DNA of 61,412 nucleotides, filler included, from Perkinsus olseni (Eukaryota): NCBI GenBank assembly GCA_013115125.1. It is 9 parts of 9 records of this genome, joined end to end, with 100 filler letters (N's around TTAATTAATTAA, not from the genome) between each part and the next. Parts side by side here need not be neighbours in the genome. Positions count along the whole stretch, not along the records: positions 20,682 to 27,398 come from JABANN010001069.1; positions 27,499 to 34,214 come from JABANN010001070.1; positions 34,315 to 41,027 come from JABANN010001071.1; 6 more parts are not named here. One strand, 5' to 3'. Shown piece by piece: positions 25,598 to 38,820 of this stretch (position 1 is its first letter; each line of letters starts with the position of its first letter). The notes under the pieces were generated by a model. It saw only the letters and a program-made list of their open reading frames with translations, ran no database searches and was not told where the DNA came from. The position numbers and the translations under genes were made by a program.

Positions 25598-27498
25598 ATA
25601 TTTAATAAACCTGAGCCTCATAGTTAGGTCGACGCTTGCGTCACCTAGTTTGGTGGCAGCTCCCGGAGATTATCTCCCCTAACTGAAGGGAACCCGCCAC
25701 GGACGGGCCACCTGTCGGGCAGAGTATGGGAGCCACGGTAGAAGAGCGAAACCGAGGGACTGACCTGGAAGCAAAGGGGATCAGGGATTCTTGCTCGTCC
25801 GTGTCACGTCACGGGGACAATTTGACTGTTGTCGTAACGTGACACGGGCGAGCGAGATCATTCCGGTTCACAATCTCCTCGAGCGGGACGTCAAGGCTTT
25901 CAGTCTGATAGTATCAGACGAGGCTAAACTACGGCATGGACGCGAGGCGCAATTATCACAACAAGCGCAAATCCGACCACGTGTCGCCTCTCAGAGAGCG
26001 CCTTTCTCCAAAATTGTCAATCGCCTCGCTGTGGTCGCTGGCCTCCCATTGAATCAGGCGGGCGAGCGAAATCTCTAAGAGATCATCTCTTGAAGTTGCA
26101 ACTGTGAAGTGCAGACCGTGCAATAAAACCTTACGTCTCCGAACTGGAGCGAAGCGCGGCACGCACTGGCGCCGGTTAGGTCGGCACGATCTCACGACGT
26201 CACTGAGGGTAACGAGAAGGCAAAGCAAGTCGAGGGCGAAGGCGGGTGCTACAAATGGCAATCGCGGTTCGAATACCTGGTCTTCGAGACGTAACTTGTA
26301 CCTGCTCTCGCTGCGAGAGTCTCGCATTACATAAATGCGAGAGCGTCGGGCGGCCGATGACCATCTGCTCGATTAACCATCGATCATTTGACGGCTCGGG
26401 CATGATGCTCTGATACTAGCCTGCTAGCGTGGCAGGCACAACTGGGACACGAGACGTCCCCCTCTGGGCACAAAATACCAGCGCATCTGTCCGAACCGAC
26501 TCCAACCTCGATTAGCCCCACGTTCATCCGCCGAAGAAAATTGTTTCCCAGCCTTACTCCACGGAGTCCGTGGCACGGACGCCGCTCGTGGATGGGTGAA
26601 ACCTGATAAACCGCTGCTTTAGCTGGGTCAGTCCGAGCCGGTCAGATCCATCGGCCCGATGGCATCGGGGATTCCATATTGTTCTCGCATCGCGCCTGCG
26701 AGAATCTCGCAGCGAGATCCTTTGCTCGCACCACGTTAGAGTGGCAGCGCCGTGAAGACTCCAAGCGTCATCATAGAGCGTTTTTCTCAGCGAGAGAAAT
26801 CATAACTTATGATATCGTTGTGTGCGAACTGAGTATTCTGATTCTAGGGCATGCGTGGGTAGCGTTTGCTTTATGTGATCGTAAACATTTACTGAAGTGA
26901 TCATTTGAAGCTGCGCTAATAAACATTGTTGACGTGAACATCGTCCTCATATGGTATTCCTTGAACTTGAGAAGAGCAGCTCTTCAAGAGCTTAATGTCA
27001 GTACCCGGCGGGTACTACCCGCCTGGACCTGGCGGTCAGACTGCTGTACGGTGGCCTGCCGACTGGGGGAACTCAACATGACCACGGGAAGGAAGGGGTT
27101 AAAATCAATGGAGTTGCACCCGCGTTGTGTAAAACGTGGGTGGTTCACGTTACGAAAAACACAACGCGTTACGAGCATAAACTTAAGAGTATAACGCGTA
27201 AAACGCGAAATGGGCTCATAACGCGATATGTATAACGCGTAATGATAACGCCAAGCGTAATGCTGAGCAGTGCTCAGTGAGCACTAAACATGAAACACAA
27301 CCGGAAGGTTCCGAAGTACGAGAAACTACAGTGCTCCAAATAATCTTAGAATATTTCCAAAAAGAGCGATATCTCGGTAACAATCACGAATCAGAAGCNN
27401 NNNNNNNNNNNNNNNNNNNNNNNNNNNNNNNNNNNNNNNNNNTTAATTAATTAANNNNNNNNNNNNNNNNNNNNNNNNNNNNNNNNNNNNNNNNNNNN

Positions 27499-27569
<71 letters not shown>
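27499..27569. repeat. (ATT)n microsatellite at contig start
   Basis: Perfect triplet run. Confidence 0.95.
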
Positions 27570-27570
<1 letters not shown>

Positions 27571-28989
27571 TCCCTCCTCCTCACCCTCCTGCATGCCAAG
27601 TCCAAAGCTGCATCTTGGAACCCTCCACCACCACCTCCGCCATCCCTGTCTTGTTGAGTAGATAACGTTGTCAACAAACGTTGCTTCAATATACTCTTCA
27701 ATTGCTGATGAGTGTATGGCTTGAATACAACTTCCTGTATTATAACTTTATTATTATCATCACTGCCACCTTGCTTGCAGGCGGAGGACTGACGATAAGA
27801 GCATCATCAGCTCAAGTACTAACATCGCGATGGTGGTTGTTGTTGATGATGTTATTATTACAGAGGAGTTGGGGTAGGTCGATATGCGACGTACGATATC
27901 AACAGTGTTTGCAATGCCAATTATTGATAATTTACAGCTCTGCTGGCTCATCTCGAATAATAGTCGTATCAAGGATAGATCATCACCGTCATCGGCAACA
28001 ACGGTGGGAGGTACCCCACTGTGACTGACGACAGCAGCAGCAGCAGCAGCAGCAGATGAAGATCTTCCTGCTCTTCTGGGTTTATTATTAAGAGAATAAG
28101 AGGGACCTGATGATGGTGGTGGTGGTGGTGATACTATAATATGCAGTTGTTGTGGCACCATTAATGTTGGATAGAGCATCTATCTCATCAATGATCATGA
28201 TGGTCCTTCTCCTTTTTCTGTCAATGACTTTGATGATATCAGATATCTGTTAAGAAACATCATGATAAAGATGAACATCGTCATCATCATACAGATTGTT
28301 CGAGTATTTCTTTCTTATCCGTGTAACAAGTACGACTATTATTCTTTTTATTCTTCCTCCTCGGGGTATCTTGCATCGCTGCTGCTGCTGGTGTTTGCGG
28401 TCTAGCGTAGGGCCCTGATGCAGTCGATGTATTCAGTGTTATAATTGGTAATCCCGTCTCTTGACGTAACTACAAGTAGTCCACTGGTGCGCGTTAGAGT
28501 GGTAAGGGTTATTACAACTGTAGTAAAGATATCAGTAGGATCCTTAAGCCCCATAGCGTTGATATTAATAATATCAGCACCAGCACCAGCACCAGCAGCA
28601 GAGGTAGTCCTCCTTTTAGTTGATGATGTTGTTGTTAGCCATTCATGGACAGCAACACGTACGGTAAGACTTTTACCAGTACCGGGGCATCCACATACAT
28701 AAAGGCATCGGGTAGGGGAGCTCCGACTCTTGTTGCTGTTGTTGTTGTTGTTGTTGTTGCTGTTATTGAGAAATGCTGTTATATTTGCTTTCTCTTCTTC
28801 TCGTTCTAAGAGTACCTGATAGCAATTCTGCTGTTACTCCTGCTGTTAAGAATAATAACGACAATGAGCTGATGTCAGTAGTGGTATCACTGGTGGTGTG
28901 AAGGTGTCAGCCAGGGTACGTTGAACAGATAGTAATAAAGATGATGCTGTTCCCTGTGTATTGTCGTGAGGAGAGGAGGAGGAGGACAT
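27570..28989 (-). CDS. CDC6: Cdc6/Orc1-family AAA+ replication initiator, spliced, 3'-truncated
   Basis: LYVCGCPGTGKS (Walker A, ~28669-28704), IMIIDEIDAL (Walker B, ~28172-28201), IIGIANTVD (sensor 1), VFKPYTHQQLKSILKQRL, DAALDLACRRV. Confidence 0.85.
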
Positions 28990-29239
28990 AATGGTAATGG
29001 CACTGCGGAGCACCTTGCATGGAGACCGCGGAGCAGACTGTTATTAATTTACACTACACCTATCATTCACATGTTGGCTTATTGATCGCTAATGATGATA
29101 ATAATAACAACAAGAATGATATCACTCAAGGGGTCCTCTACCGCAAACAATGACTAACAACAGGAAGGTGATGATAATGAGCCAAGAATGAAGATTAATA
29201 AAGGAGCAGACATGATGGTCATCATCATCATCATCATCA

Positions 29240-31045
29240 TCATCTAGTAATATTATTATACTTATTATATATAAGCTGCAAGATAGTATCAGTGGCATCA
29301 GGGTGTAGCTGCCAATAAGGCTCTTGGCTGTAGACATATCTGCTACGCACTCTCATCAGCTCATGCTGCATGTATTTGATAATATCATCAGTCATGTTAT
29401 GTACTAGATACTTAGGGAGCTCCTTAATTTCTGATTCATTCCATTTCAATATAAACTTACTGCTATCAATAACACCTAGATGATGTGCAATATCAATATT
29501 ATGATGGTAATAGGTAGTGAATGGTATACGGAAGTTATTGCTGAGTATAATTGGTATACATATGTTGATTATCGCCTCGTATAATCTTCTTGATGTTGAT
29601 GTAATACCCCTTGGCACTGGGCAAAATACTGCCCTCGCCATCCGATTCATACTAGATGATACCATCATCAACGTATCATCATTACTACTACGATCATCTT
29701 TAGAGGTAGACGACGACGACGAGGAGGAGGAGGAGTTCACATTATTCTTATCATTAACAAAGATGTGTAAGTTTTTATTTTTCAATTCTGGTGCCTCCCT
29801 CAATACCTTAGCAAAGTATTTTCTATAACGATGTGTTGATGAACAGGTCATCTCAATAAAAATATCTTTCTTTATAGAATCATCGTGTATCCTCGTATCA
29901 GTGCTGCTGCTGCTGCTGCTGCTGCTGTTAGTATTATTGAAGAGTCTAAATGCGTTAATAACATGTTTATAATGTATAACATAGGGTATTGATATATCTT
30001 TTGTTTTATTAAATGTAAAAGCAGTGGGCCTTTGATCACCCTTGGACCCTTCCAATGCAGCAACAATAACTTTATCAGATATCAAATACTCATACATCTG
30101 TTTAGTGAATATAGTGGGCCAATCTCTAGTACTAGAATGTACCATAAGTATCTTAGCTGCACCATTGGCTTTAATGGATTCACGTATTAGATTTAACGAT
30201 GCCTCAGCCATTTGTCGACGGTATGATTCTAAACCCTTACCTTTCGTTAGTCTACCATAATATGGTACCTACAAAGGTAGTACTAGTGGTGGTGGTGGTG
30301 GTAGTATTACAAATATGAGATCGGCTGTGTATAGGTCTGCTGTTCGCCATCTATGCTTTAATAACGATCTATGTATCTATCATTACAACCAACAACATCA
30401 TAACCATACTGACTGTTGCCATCATTATTACTACCAATAATTCAGCAAGAAATTGATTATGTGATAGTTCTGGGTTGTCCAACTCCTTCTCCCTTAGTTT
30501 ATACACCTTATCACCAATTTGTCTTATTGATACCGCATCTCTACCAAAACTACTACTACCATCGTCATCACCCCATACATACCTAACATCATGACGTAAT
30601 CATCACTGGCAGTGGTGGTTATTGATGATAAGTATTACACTCTTATTGGTATGGTACTGGATAATGGTTGTGATACTTTATTGACAAGAGGTGGAACATG
30701 ATGATGATGCTTCGGTAAGGGTAGCAGTATATCAGTTAAGATATTGGGCATGATCATCATCATCATCATCGACAACCAGCTGCCGCTGCTGCTGGTGGTC
30801 ATGGTGGTCTGTAGAGTAGCTGTAGTATTGAGCATCACTATTATTGATAATACACCCAATAAAATGACGGGTAGTATAACACCACCACTCACCCCTACCC
30901 TTGATGATGATGCTGTTGTTGTATGATCGTCGAAGTGATATAATACCTGATAGGTGATACCACACCTTCCACTAATCTTTACCACCTCCTCTTCCTCTAG
31001 GGCTGTCATGTTACTATCGATTGCTGTTGAATCCCTATTCCTCAT
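29240..31045 (-). CDS. Exostosin-family (GT47) glycosyltransferase, type II membrane protein, spliced
   Basis: N-terminal TM (VILPVILLGVLSIIVML), WRTADLYTADLIFV, and the signature MARAVFCPVPRGITSTSRRLYEAIINICIPIILSNNFRIPF. Confidence 0.85.
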
Positions 31046-31460
31046 TATTGATAATTATGGTAATACTAGTAATGACAGTATTGATACCATAGATTGATAA
31101 TCATCAAGTGAACTATTAGAAAAGGATATTATAACCAAGTGAATCATCATCATCATTATAATAGTGCTACTGATAATAACACAATAATTGCACGGATGAT
31201 GATATAAACAGCTCCTGACTTAGGGATAATGAGGATGTGAATCAAATGCATGGAATGGTAAAACAACCCCTTGTAGTAGTTGTAATAATACTCCGACAGA
31301 GGAGGACGGATGGTAATACAACATCATCATCATAACCAACCAGAGTAAGTGTCATGATGGTAGTAGTAGTGGTGGTATATTATTATTATGAACTCAACAT
31401 CATTATATCTGATAGTTAATGAGGATATTACTAAACTCACATGATAACAATAATACATCA

Positions 31461-32573
31461 TCACAAACTGGATCGTGGACTGGATAATAGCCTGTTGATC
31501 CCCATAGCATCAGCATCATCGTCATGATGTTGTATGAGATTCTTTATGACAGTATCATACATGCCCTTCTTCACCTTACCCATGGATTCCTTATTGAATG
31601 GTCTAACGATAATATTCTCCTGATAATAACAACAGTAACATAATACATGATGAGTGTTTGTTGTTATTATTACTGTTATAAGATTGATAGCAGCCGGTAG
31701 TGGCTGATGGTGATCTGTATTTGATATGAGATAATCCAGTATACCAGCCTGTAATGCCTGTTGTGCATTATAACGTGTAGAGTAACATAGCATGTCCCTA
31801 GCTGTGTTACACGGTACTTTACTCTTGATAAGTTCTATCATACCTATCATCGTCGTTATACTCATGAATGCTGGTGTTGGTGTTGTTACCTGGGGTGTAG
31901 TGTAATCCTAAGCTAACAGCAGGGACAAAATATAAACTTTTATTATTCCTCTGGACTATTCGATAATCACAACACATGGCCAGTAGAAGGCCAGCAGCTG
32001 ATAATAACAACAAGACATAGTAGACTGTTGGTGTTGTTGTCAGTACTACCCGTAGCATGGCCATACATCACTGCAATAGTGGGTATTGGTAATGTAATAA
32101 TATCCCCCATCAACCTACAACCGTGATAATCAACAACAACAACAGCAGCAGTGGTGGTGGTGTACTTGTGTAATAATATGATAAGGTCATTGGCCTTGTC
32201 CTTGTTATGAGCTACCCACTTCAAGTCGAGTCCATTTGACCAGAACCTTGGACTAGTATCATCATCATCATCGTCTTATTACTACAGTAGTATTAACATG
32301 ATTACCTATTATCGGGCTTCTGTGTTATAATAAGACATCTTAGATCATCATCATCAGTTGTAGTATTAACCTTTGTTATAATACTCGATAACTCCGATAA
32401 CATCATCGTAGTGAATCTAATAATAATAGTATTATTATTGACCCCGAGACGGTAGTAGTGTTCCTCACCTATTCTCACATTTTCTTGTACCCCAATCGTA
32501 GCAGCACTCACTACTACTACCATCCTCCTCCTCATGGGTAAGGGTTATTATCCCGATCGTCATCGTCGTGGTC

Positions 32574-32647
<74 letters not shown>

Positions 32648-32803
32648 AAGTGTCGTTGTGGTATAGGTTAAATACTTGCCCCTGTACAACGTATTGAGAG
32701 GTAGGCCTTCGACGTTTAGGGTGGCCGAGGTGAGACCTCTCGACACTACTGTTGGGAAGAGCTTATGTAGTATTGAGGAGGCCCTCCCTTTATGTATCAT
32801 CAT
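31461..32803 (-). CDS. Crotonase-fold enoyl-CoA delta isomerase/hydratase, spliced
   Basis: RFWSNGLDLKW, LPIPTIAVMYGHAT|AAGLLLAMCCDYRI, FVPAVSLGL, RYNAQQALQAGILD. C-terminus ...PRSSL*. Confidence 0.85.
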
Positions 32804-33034
32804 GATGATGATGATATGAATAAACAACAGCAGGGGGAAGTAACGCTGATAACGCAGATGATTCTTTATTATTATGACTACAACTAGAAGAACGTGAGTT
32901 GTGATGGAAATGTCGAGGGGTGATGGAATGACTATTATCATTTCCAATACGAAATATAACCACAGAGATATCTACCATAACATCATCATCATCATCAGCA
33001 GCAGCAGCAGAAGGTGTTAGAAATGGTCCGGAAG

Positions 33035-34143
33035 TTATTGTTTTTTATCAGGGCATATGAATGATACAGTTACATTAGTATTCTTAAGGACTGTACAGAA
33101 GTGGCCAGTTGAACCTACAACAACAATCATGATGATAATGATAATGTTATACTGGGCTGTTATTATTACCATAACGACATGTAGCAGCAACATCACCAAA
33201 CTCCACTGTAGCGCATGCCAAGAGATGATAGTTATTAATGATATAATCTGGCGTTAGCTTCACGGCGACAGGCCTGATAATAATAACAATGATCGACATC
33301 TTATCACGACCATCATCATCAACCTACCTATTGTTGTTGTGAGACTGTGGTGGTGGTGGTGGAGCCCAAACACCAAAGTAGATGAGACATCTATCCACAT
33401 CTACTGTGATATCAACTACCCTACCCAACTCTAATGGTGCTACAAACGCATGACGTCTACTGACATCAGAATGAGTACGCGAACAGATATGCCCACGACG
33501 ATTTAGGAATATGGAATCAATCCTGACAAGCACAAGAACAAGAACAAGTGGTTGTTGTGGTTGTTGTGGTTGTTGTTGTTGTTGTTGTGGTTGTTGTTGT
33601 GGTTGTTGTTGTGGTTGTTGTATTATTACTTTTGTATGTTCTTCTTACAGGGTAACTGTGAGCTAAAAGCATAACCAACACCATCCGCTGGGGATATCTC
33701 ACCACTATCGAAGGATATCATATAACGATGAACACCTGGTTATAACAATCAACAATCATCAGCATCAGCATACGCAGGAATGGTGTTACCATGACGTCTA
33801 ATCTGTTCTTCGGTAACCATACTCAACCTACCCTCATACTCTAGTTTAGTAAATGTATGAAGATCATCAGACAGAGTACCTATCAAGTAATGATTAGCTG
33901 CCTGATGACGACAATGGTCATTACCCATAGTCTCCGCATCAATATGCCAACAATGCCTCCCTACATTAACCTCCTCAATAGTATTACTACCTACTACTGC
34001 ATTACTATGCTGTTGACGATGTTGCTGTCTGGGATGGGGAGCCCGGTGTGAGTTATGATAATAATAATCTTGTGGACGATTGTTGTTGTTGTTATTATTA
34101 TCGTAATAATAATAATCATGTTGTTGGTGTAGTCGGTTATATG
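33035..34143 (-). CDS. Hypothetical spliced protein with beta-rich, SPRY-like C-terminal domain, 5'-truncated
   Basis: Exons read ADGVGYAFSSQLPCKKNIQ|IDSIFLNRRGHICSR..LELGRVVDITVDVDRCLIYFGV..TGHFCTVLKNTNVTVSF. The fold is a guess. Confidence 0.5.
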
Positions 34144-34145
34144 GC

Positions 34146-34214
<69 letters not shown>

Positions 34215-34314
34215 NNNNNNNNNNNNNNNNNNNNNNNNNNNNNNNNNNNNNNNNNNNNTTAATTAATTAANNNNNNNNNNNNNNNNNNNNNNNNNNNNNN
34301 NNNNNNNNNNNNNN

Positions 34315-34941
34315 GATAAATATCATCTCTGGATGAGAGCTCAAATATACACATTATTTTCTAGGGTAGAAAATTTAAATAGTGTGACGCTAGTAGGAAA
34401 TCCAGATGATATCATCGCAGTTATCCGTCATTTACTAGCTAAACCTCAGCAATTTGATGAGTATATCGATGAAATATTGCAAAGTTTCAATGAAATTGAT
34501 AATGCAAATGAATATCCGTTTTCTTTCCAAAGATGTTCAAATAGAATTCGACTATCAACTTGGCCTTTCAGAAGTCCTTCTTTGCCATTACCAGATACTT
34601 CGAATATAGGAGGGTGTGTGTATCTACTATGCAGTCTTCGCAATTCTCAAATGTGCTACATAGGACAAACATCTTCTATCATTCGTAGAGTGCAAGAGCA
34701 TAATCGACGTCAAGGGTCCTTGTCGACAAGGGACCCTTATCTAATTCCATGGATATGTATTGCAATTATAACAGGTTTCGATGCTCCAGATGCTCGTCAT
34801 CATAGGTTTCAAGTGGAGAGATTATGGAAGAATAATCGCTTCATTACGGATTCTGTTTTCGACATTATTGATTGCGGAAAGAGAGTGGTTGCGTATTATT
34901 CAGATAGATCATTGATATTTCAACAGTTAGTTGAGCCGTAG
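34315..34941 (+). mobile_element. C-terminus of a PIF1/RecD-like SF1 helicase fused to a GIY-YIG endonuclease; Helitron-like element, 5'-truncated
   Basis: The frame is open from the contig edge. AQIYTLFSRVENLNSV resembles helicase motif VI (GQxYVALSRVxxL). CVYLL-x8-YIGQT-x4-RRVQEHN...PW...E is an SLX1/UPF0213-type GIY-YIG. Confidence 0.72.
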
Positions 34942-35897
34942 TCACTACGTCTCTATAACGCTGCCTTGGGTACAATTTACAGTAAGAATCTCGTTCAGTA
35001 ATCTTAGTTCGCGCTTTCGATCAGCATCGTCTTAAATTAGCCCAATTTATCTGGCAGGTCCACATGCAATCATCATGATGGAACAAGTAGGAGTTTAGTG
35101 CGAGTATCGAATTTCTATCACTCATATTAGAGAGGTATTCTATTGCTTTTACGTTAGCCCAAGGTCTATTCCGAGAAGATTCGCACACTCGCTTTTCGAA
35201 TTCATCTTACACTGTCAGTTAGATGGAATATATGGAATTAGTTACTGTCATAAAAGTACTAAGTGCTAACTTGTTCACCATGTCGTGCCATGTATGTTGA
35301 TTTTCTTTAGCGCTTCCTGTTCAAGGCTCCGTGTTCATAGAGTTGCGTATAAGAAATACTCAATTAATGAAGTCACGCTGTCATAGCCTCGTTATGTTTG
35401 TAATTTGTGAACACAATTAGCATGCAGTCGTATTCATAGTACTTTAGGTGCTGAGTATAAACTGAGTTATCCATTTTTCTAACCTGGCGAAAGAAGTCAG
35501 CATAAAACTAACCTGAACTGAACCTTATGCTGAGAGTTTCTTACTGAAAAAAGTAAGGTTGTCATACAAAGCTCATAGCATTTTATTAGTAAGGTCTTAT
35601 GCGGTCCTAAGTTCGTGGGCTTCTTCCACTTTCAACCGTTATTTACTACTTCTCTCAGCCTTCTCTATTTATTATTACGTCTCTTCAGGTATTGACGAAG
35701 ATTGTGATATTTGAGAAGGGGATGAGATATGATTAGAAGTATAGTCTTAATTAAACTAGAATCATTATATTCACGTAAAGTTAATATAATGAAATTTGTG
35801 AAGAAACACGGTAGAATGTGTACCACAATACTATGAGCTCATCCCCTGTACATTAAGTGTTGTGTTATCCACACTTCAACCTCAATCATGATAGACG

Positions 35898-35938
35898 AGC
35901 CACACTGCGACTGACGTTTTGTCAGTCGCAGTGTGGCT
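35898..35938. other. Perfect 18-bp stem-loop
   Basis: AGCCACACTGCGACTGAC-GTTTT-GTCAGTCGCAGTGTGGCT, GC-rich within AT-rich DNA. Confidence 0.9.
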
Positions 35939-36519
35939 ACCATTGTTCTTATGCTGTGAATATTCACAGGGTATTCGCGTATTTTAGAGTAGTTGAAATT
36001 TTGATTCGCGATGTATTGAATAATTCAATTTCAATGTGATGCACTCAATACCTTCTTGTAGATCTCTCACCAATCGTACGATTTGTATCATACGAGTCGT
36101 ATGTGCATTAATTTTGTGCAATCATTATTTCGGATCGAAAATTTGGTTCACTACAATACATTAGTAGCTGGGATTATTGACAATATTTATTGCGTACCGT
36201 ATAACCTTGATACAATTATACTTGAAGTAAACGTATTTTAACCTATATTCACCACGCATAATTTTTGTATTCATTGTTCATCATTGTGAATGTGAAAATT
36301 ATTCTAATAAAATTTGTTGAATCAATTTTAACACTGTGTTAATGCTCTCTCTTTGTTCAAGGCCGTAACTTATCACTCTTAAGCTACCAGTTCCATTTTA
36401 ATATCCGTTTGTATTGAATCAATACTATTGATTCACATCGTTCTGAACACGAAATTTAGGCGGTCAGCGAATAAACTTTATCTTTTTCAGGTCTTGTTGA
36501 AATATCCCCTTCATCATTT

Positions 36520-37527
36520 ATGTCACTATCAACAGCTCGCCTGGAACAGTATAGATCTATAACTTTGAGCGATGTCCTCAAGGGTAAATCGTGTGAAGGC
36601 TGTAAACTTCCGTTAAGATTGCTAAACGTTAAAAAATCTGAACGGAATAATCGTGCTGCAGTTTATACGTTTCGTCGAGGATCTAGTAAGCCTGTTCAGA
36701 CAAATACAGATTATGATAGAATGTTCTTATGTGGAGACCTAGTATCGAATTCTTGCTGTGTCTTCTTCACTCGTACGACTGAGGCAACTAGGATATTAGT
36801 ACCTGAATCATGTGGTATATCTGTCGGAGAGCTCATTGTCGTGGCAGAACCACGATTTGTAAATCAGTATTTAGACCAACATCAAGCTACTCCTATTCTA
36901 CGGATTTCTCTGCCACTGTCTGGCTTCACTAACACAACCCAGTTGCCTCTTATACCGATAGAAGTTCAAAGTGTCTCGTTCGTACATTTTTGCTTGAAGA
37001 ACGTCTCACTCTCGCTCAATTCTTTCCGTCTGGTTTCAACTTGTGGTGGTTCCTTCTGCAACCGGTTGGTGCCGAGCTCCACTGGCAATCCTTGCGGTTG
37101 TGTGACAAAACCTACCAGATCTAGTTTCGCGCTAGAGGCAGATATTGATATTGAAGCAGATGGAGATGGTTACACTGTGTCCGACAATCTCAACGGCAGC
37201 ACTATTAGTGGACTCAGATTCACTCGTCTATTTATGGATGACGAGGCCATTGGTACAGTTCGTTGGAAGAACTTCGACTTACAAAGCGTTAAAGACATAT
37301 GTAAACAAATCTTGCCGCATATCCACTCTTGGACCATTGCTGGTTGGACTAAAGCGCCAAATGAAACAGAGGACCATGTTCTTACTGAAGCCCGTATTTT
37401 CCACATTGTTGACGCTATTCCTCAATATGTTGATGGAGAGGCGGCTGAAATAAACTTATTCACTCCACCACCGCCCAAACCAGTTGATGGAAAAATCAAA
37501 GGTAAATTAGCGCTTAAAGAAATATAG
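36520..37527 (+). CDS. Intronless 335-aa hypothetical protein with a Cys cluster (CGGSFC-x10-CGC), beta-rich
   Basis: Long ORF in AT-rich DNA, with a splice-acceptor-like TTTTTCAG ~30 nt upstream of the ATG. Confidence 0.7.
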   Translation: MSLSTARLEQYRSITLSDVLKGKSCEGCKLPLRLLNVKKSERNNRAAVYTFRRGSSKPVQTNTDYDRMFLCGDLVSNSCCVFFTRTTEATRILVPESCGISVGELIVVAEPRFVNQYLDQHQATPILRISLPLSGFTNTTQLPLIPIEVQSVSFVHFCLKNVSLSLNSFRLVSTCGGSFCNRLVPSSTGNPCGCVTKPTRSSFALEADIDIEADGDGYTVSDNLNGSTISGLRFTRLFMDDEAIGTVRWKNFDLQSVKDICKQILPHIHSWTIAGWTKAPNETEDHVLTEARIFHIVDAIPQYVDGEAAEINLFTPPPPKPVDGKIKGKLALKEI

Positions 37528-38286
37528 ATTCCCAGTCGAGCACTTTCGAATTGTAGGAACCTTTCATAGTATTAAGTGTGTGTGTGAAAATTTTTGGTTT
37601 TCTTCCGTTTCTGGTATTCCTGCATTGTGCAAGTGTCTCAAATTCTCTATAAATATTTACTACAAATCTTTGTTAATAACAAATTATTATTTCGTTATTG
37701 TCTACCTATTCATGTCTATTTCAACGATGAAGCCTCATTCACAATAAATTTATAAACTATATATTTCCTCAGGTCCCAGAGGACCAACAGGGCGTGAAAC
37801 AAATGACGATGATGATAACCATAATGACAATGTTGATAACGAAGGAGAGCAACAAGCAGCTTCTTCGAATTCTGCTGGTGATAACGAAGATAACAGAGGT
37901 AACTTATTTCTCGTCCGTTATTGCATTTTACACTTTCAACGCAATAAGAAAGATGTAGTTTCCTACAATTATGTCATTCTCCTTGCTTTCTAATGATATG
38001 TTGACTGTGTGTTGTATATGATATCACTTCAAGGCACTGTCGTGAAAACTATTTTACCAATACATGATTCCTATTATCCCTTATCTTTGTCACGGAAACA
38101 ATCTTTGCGTACTGCATCATATTGTCTTACTATATAATTGTTTTTCGTTATGGCATATTGTCACGTGCTTAGGTAATAAACAGTAGTTGTCAAATGAACT
38201 ATTGACCTGAACGATCAACTTTTGCCTAATTATTTTGCCTTTTCTCCTCTATCACAATCACTGTACGTTGATTGTCTTTAATCTAT

Positions 38287-38499
38287 TTACATTTCGAATA
38301 GAAGTCTTCCATACTTTCCCGAGGAAAGAAGTTTCTCTTGGAAACACAGATAGATATTGAAACCGTATTCCTTAGAATTCTTTGCTATCTTATGTCTTAT
38401 TTTGTTATCAGCTCTCGCGATATTCTCCTTTGTAGGTCCATCAAGAAAGCATCGTAGAAGTTCATCATCTCGGCAAACTACACAATGAGTTAGTGCCAT
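38287..38499 (-). CDS. Small hypothetical protein (70 aa, N-terminal CxxC)
   Basis: ATG-initiated ORF with protein-like composition in an AT-rich flank. No family recognised. Confidence 0.3.
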   Translation of the reverse strand: MALTHCVVCRDDELLRCFLDGPTKENIARADNKIRHKIAKNSKEYGFNIYLCFQEKLLSSGKYGRLLFEM

Positions 38500-38820
38500 T
38501 GACCGTAAACTTATTTCACTAAACTTTATATAGAGTTAGACGCTGATTTACTATATTCACAATTTTATGTCAGACACAATGCGTCTAACTATTACTATAT
38601 GTACCAGATTAACATCGAAGATTCTCACTTAATCACTGGTTACTGTTTTGTTACAGTTATCTCCTATAAATCATTCTCAAACCATTATGATTTCTTTTGC
38701 TGTATCACTGTCACTCGCTTCTCACTACCCTGTCTGTCAATACTTTTCTCCAAATATTTCACCATATATATCTCATATTTCCGACAATTCCTCTCTCTAG
38801 CACCTAAAGATATTTTTCCC

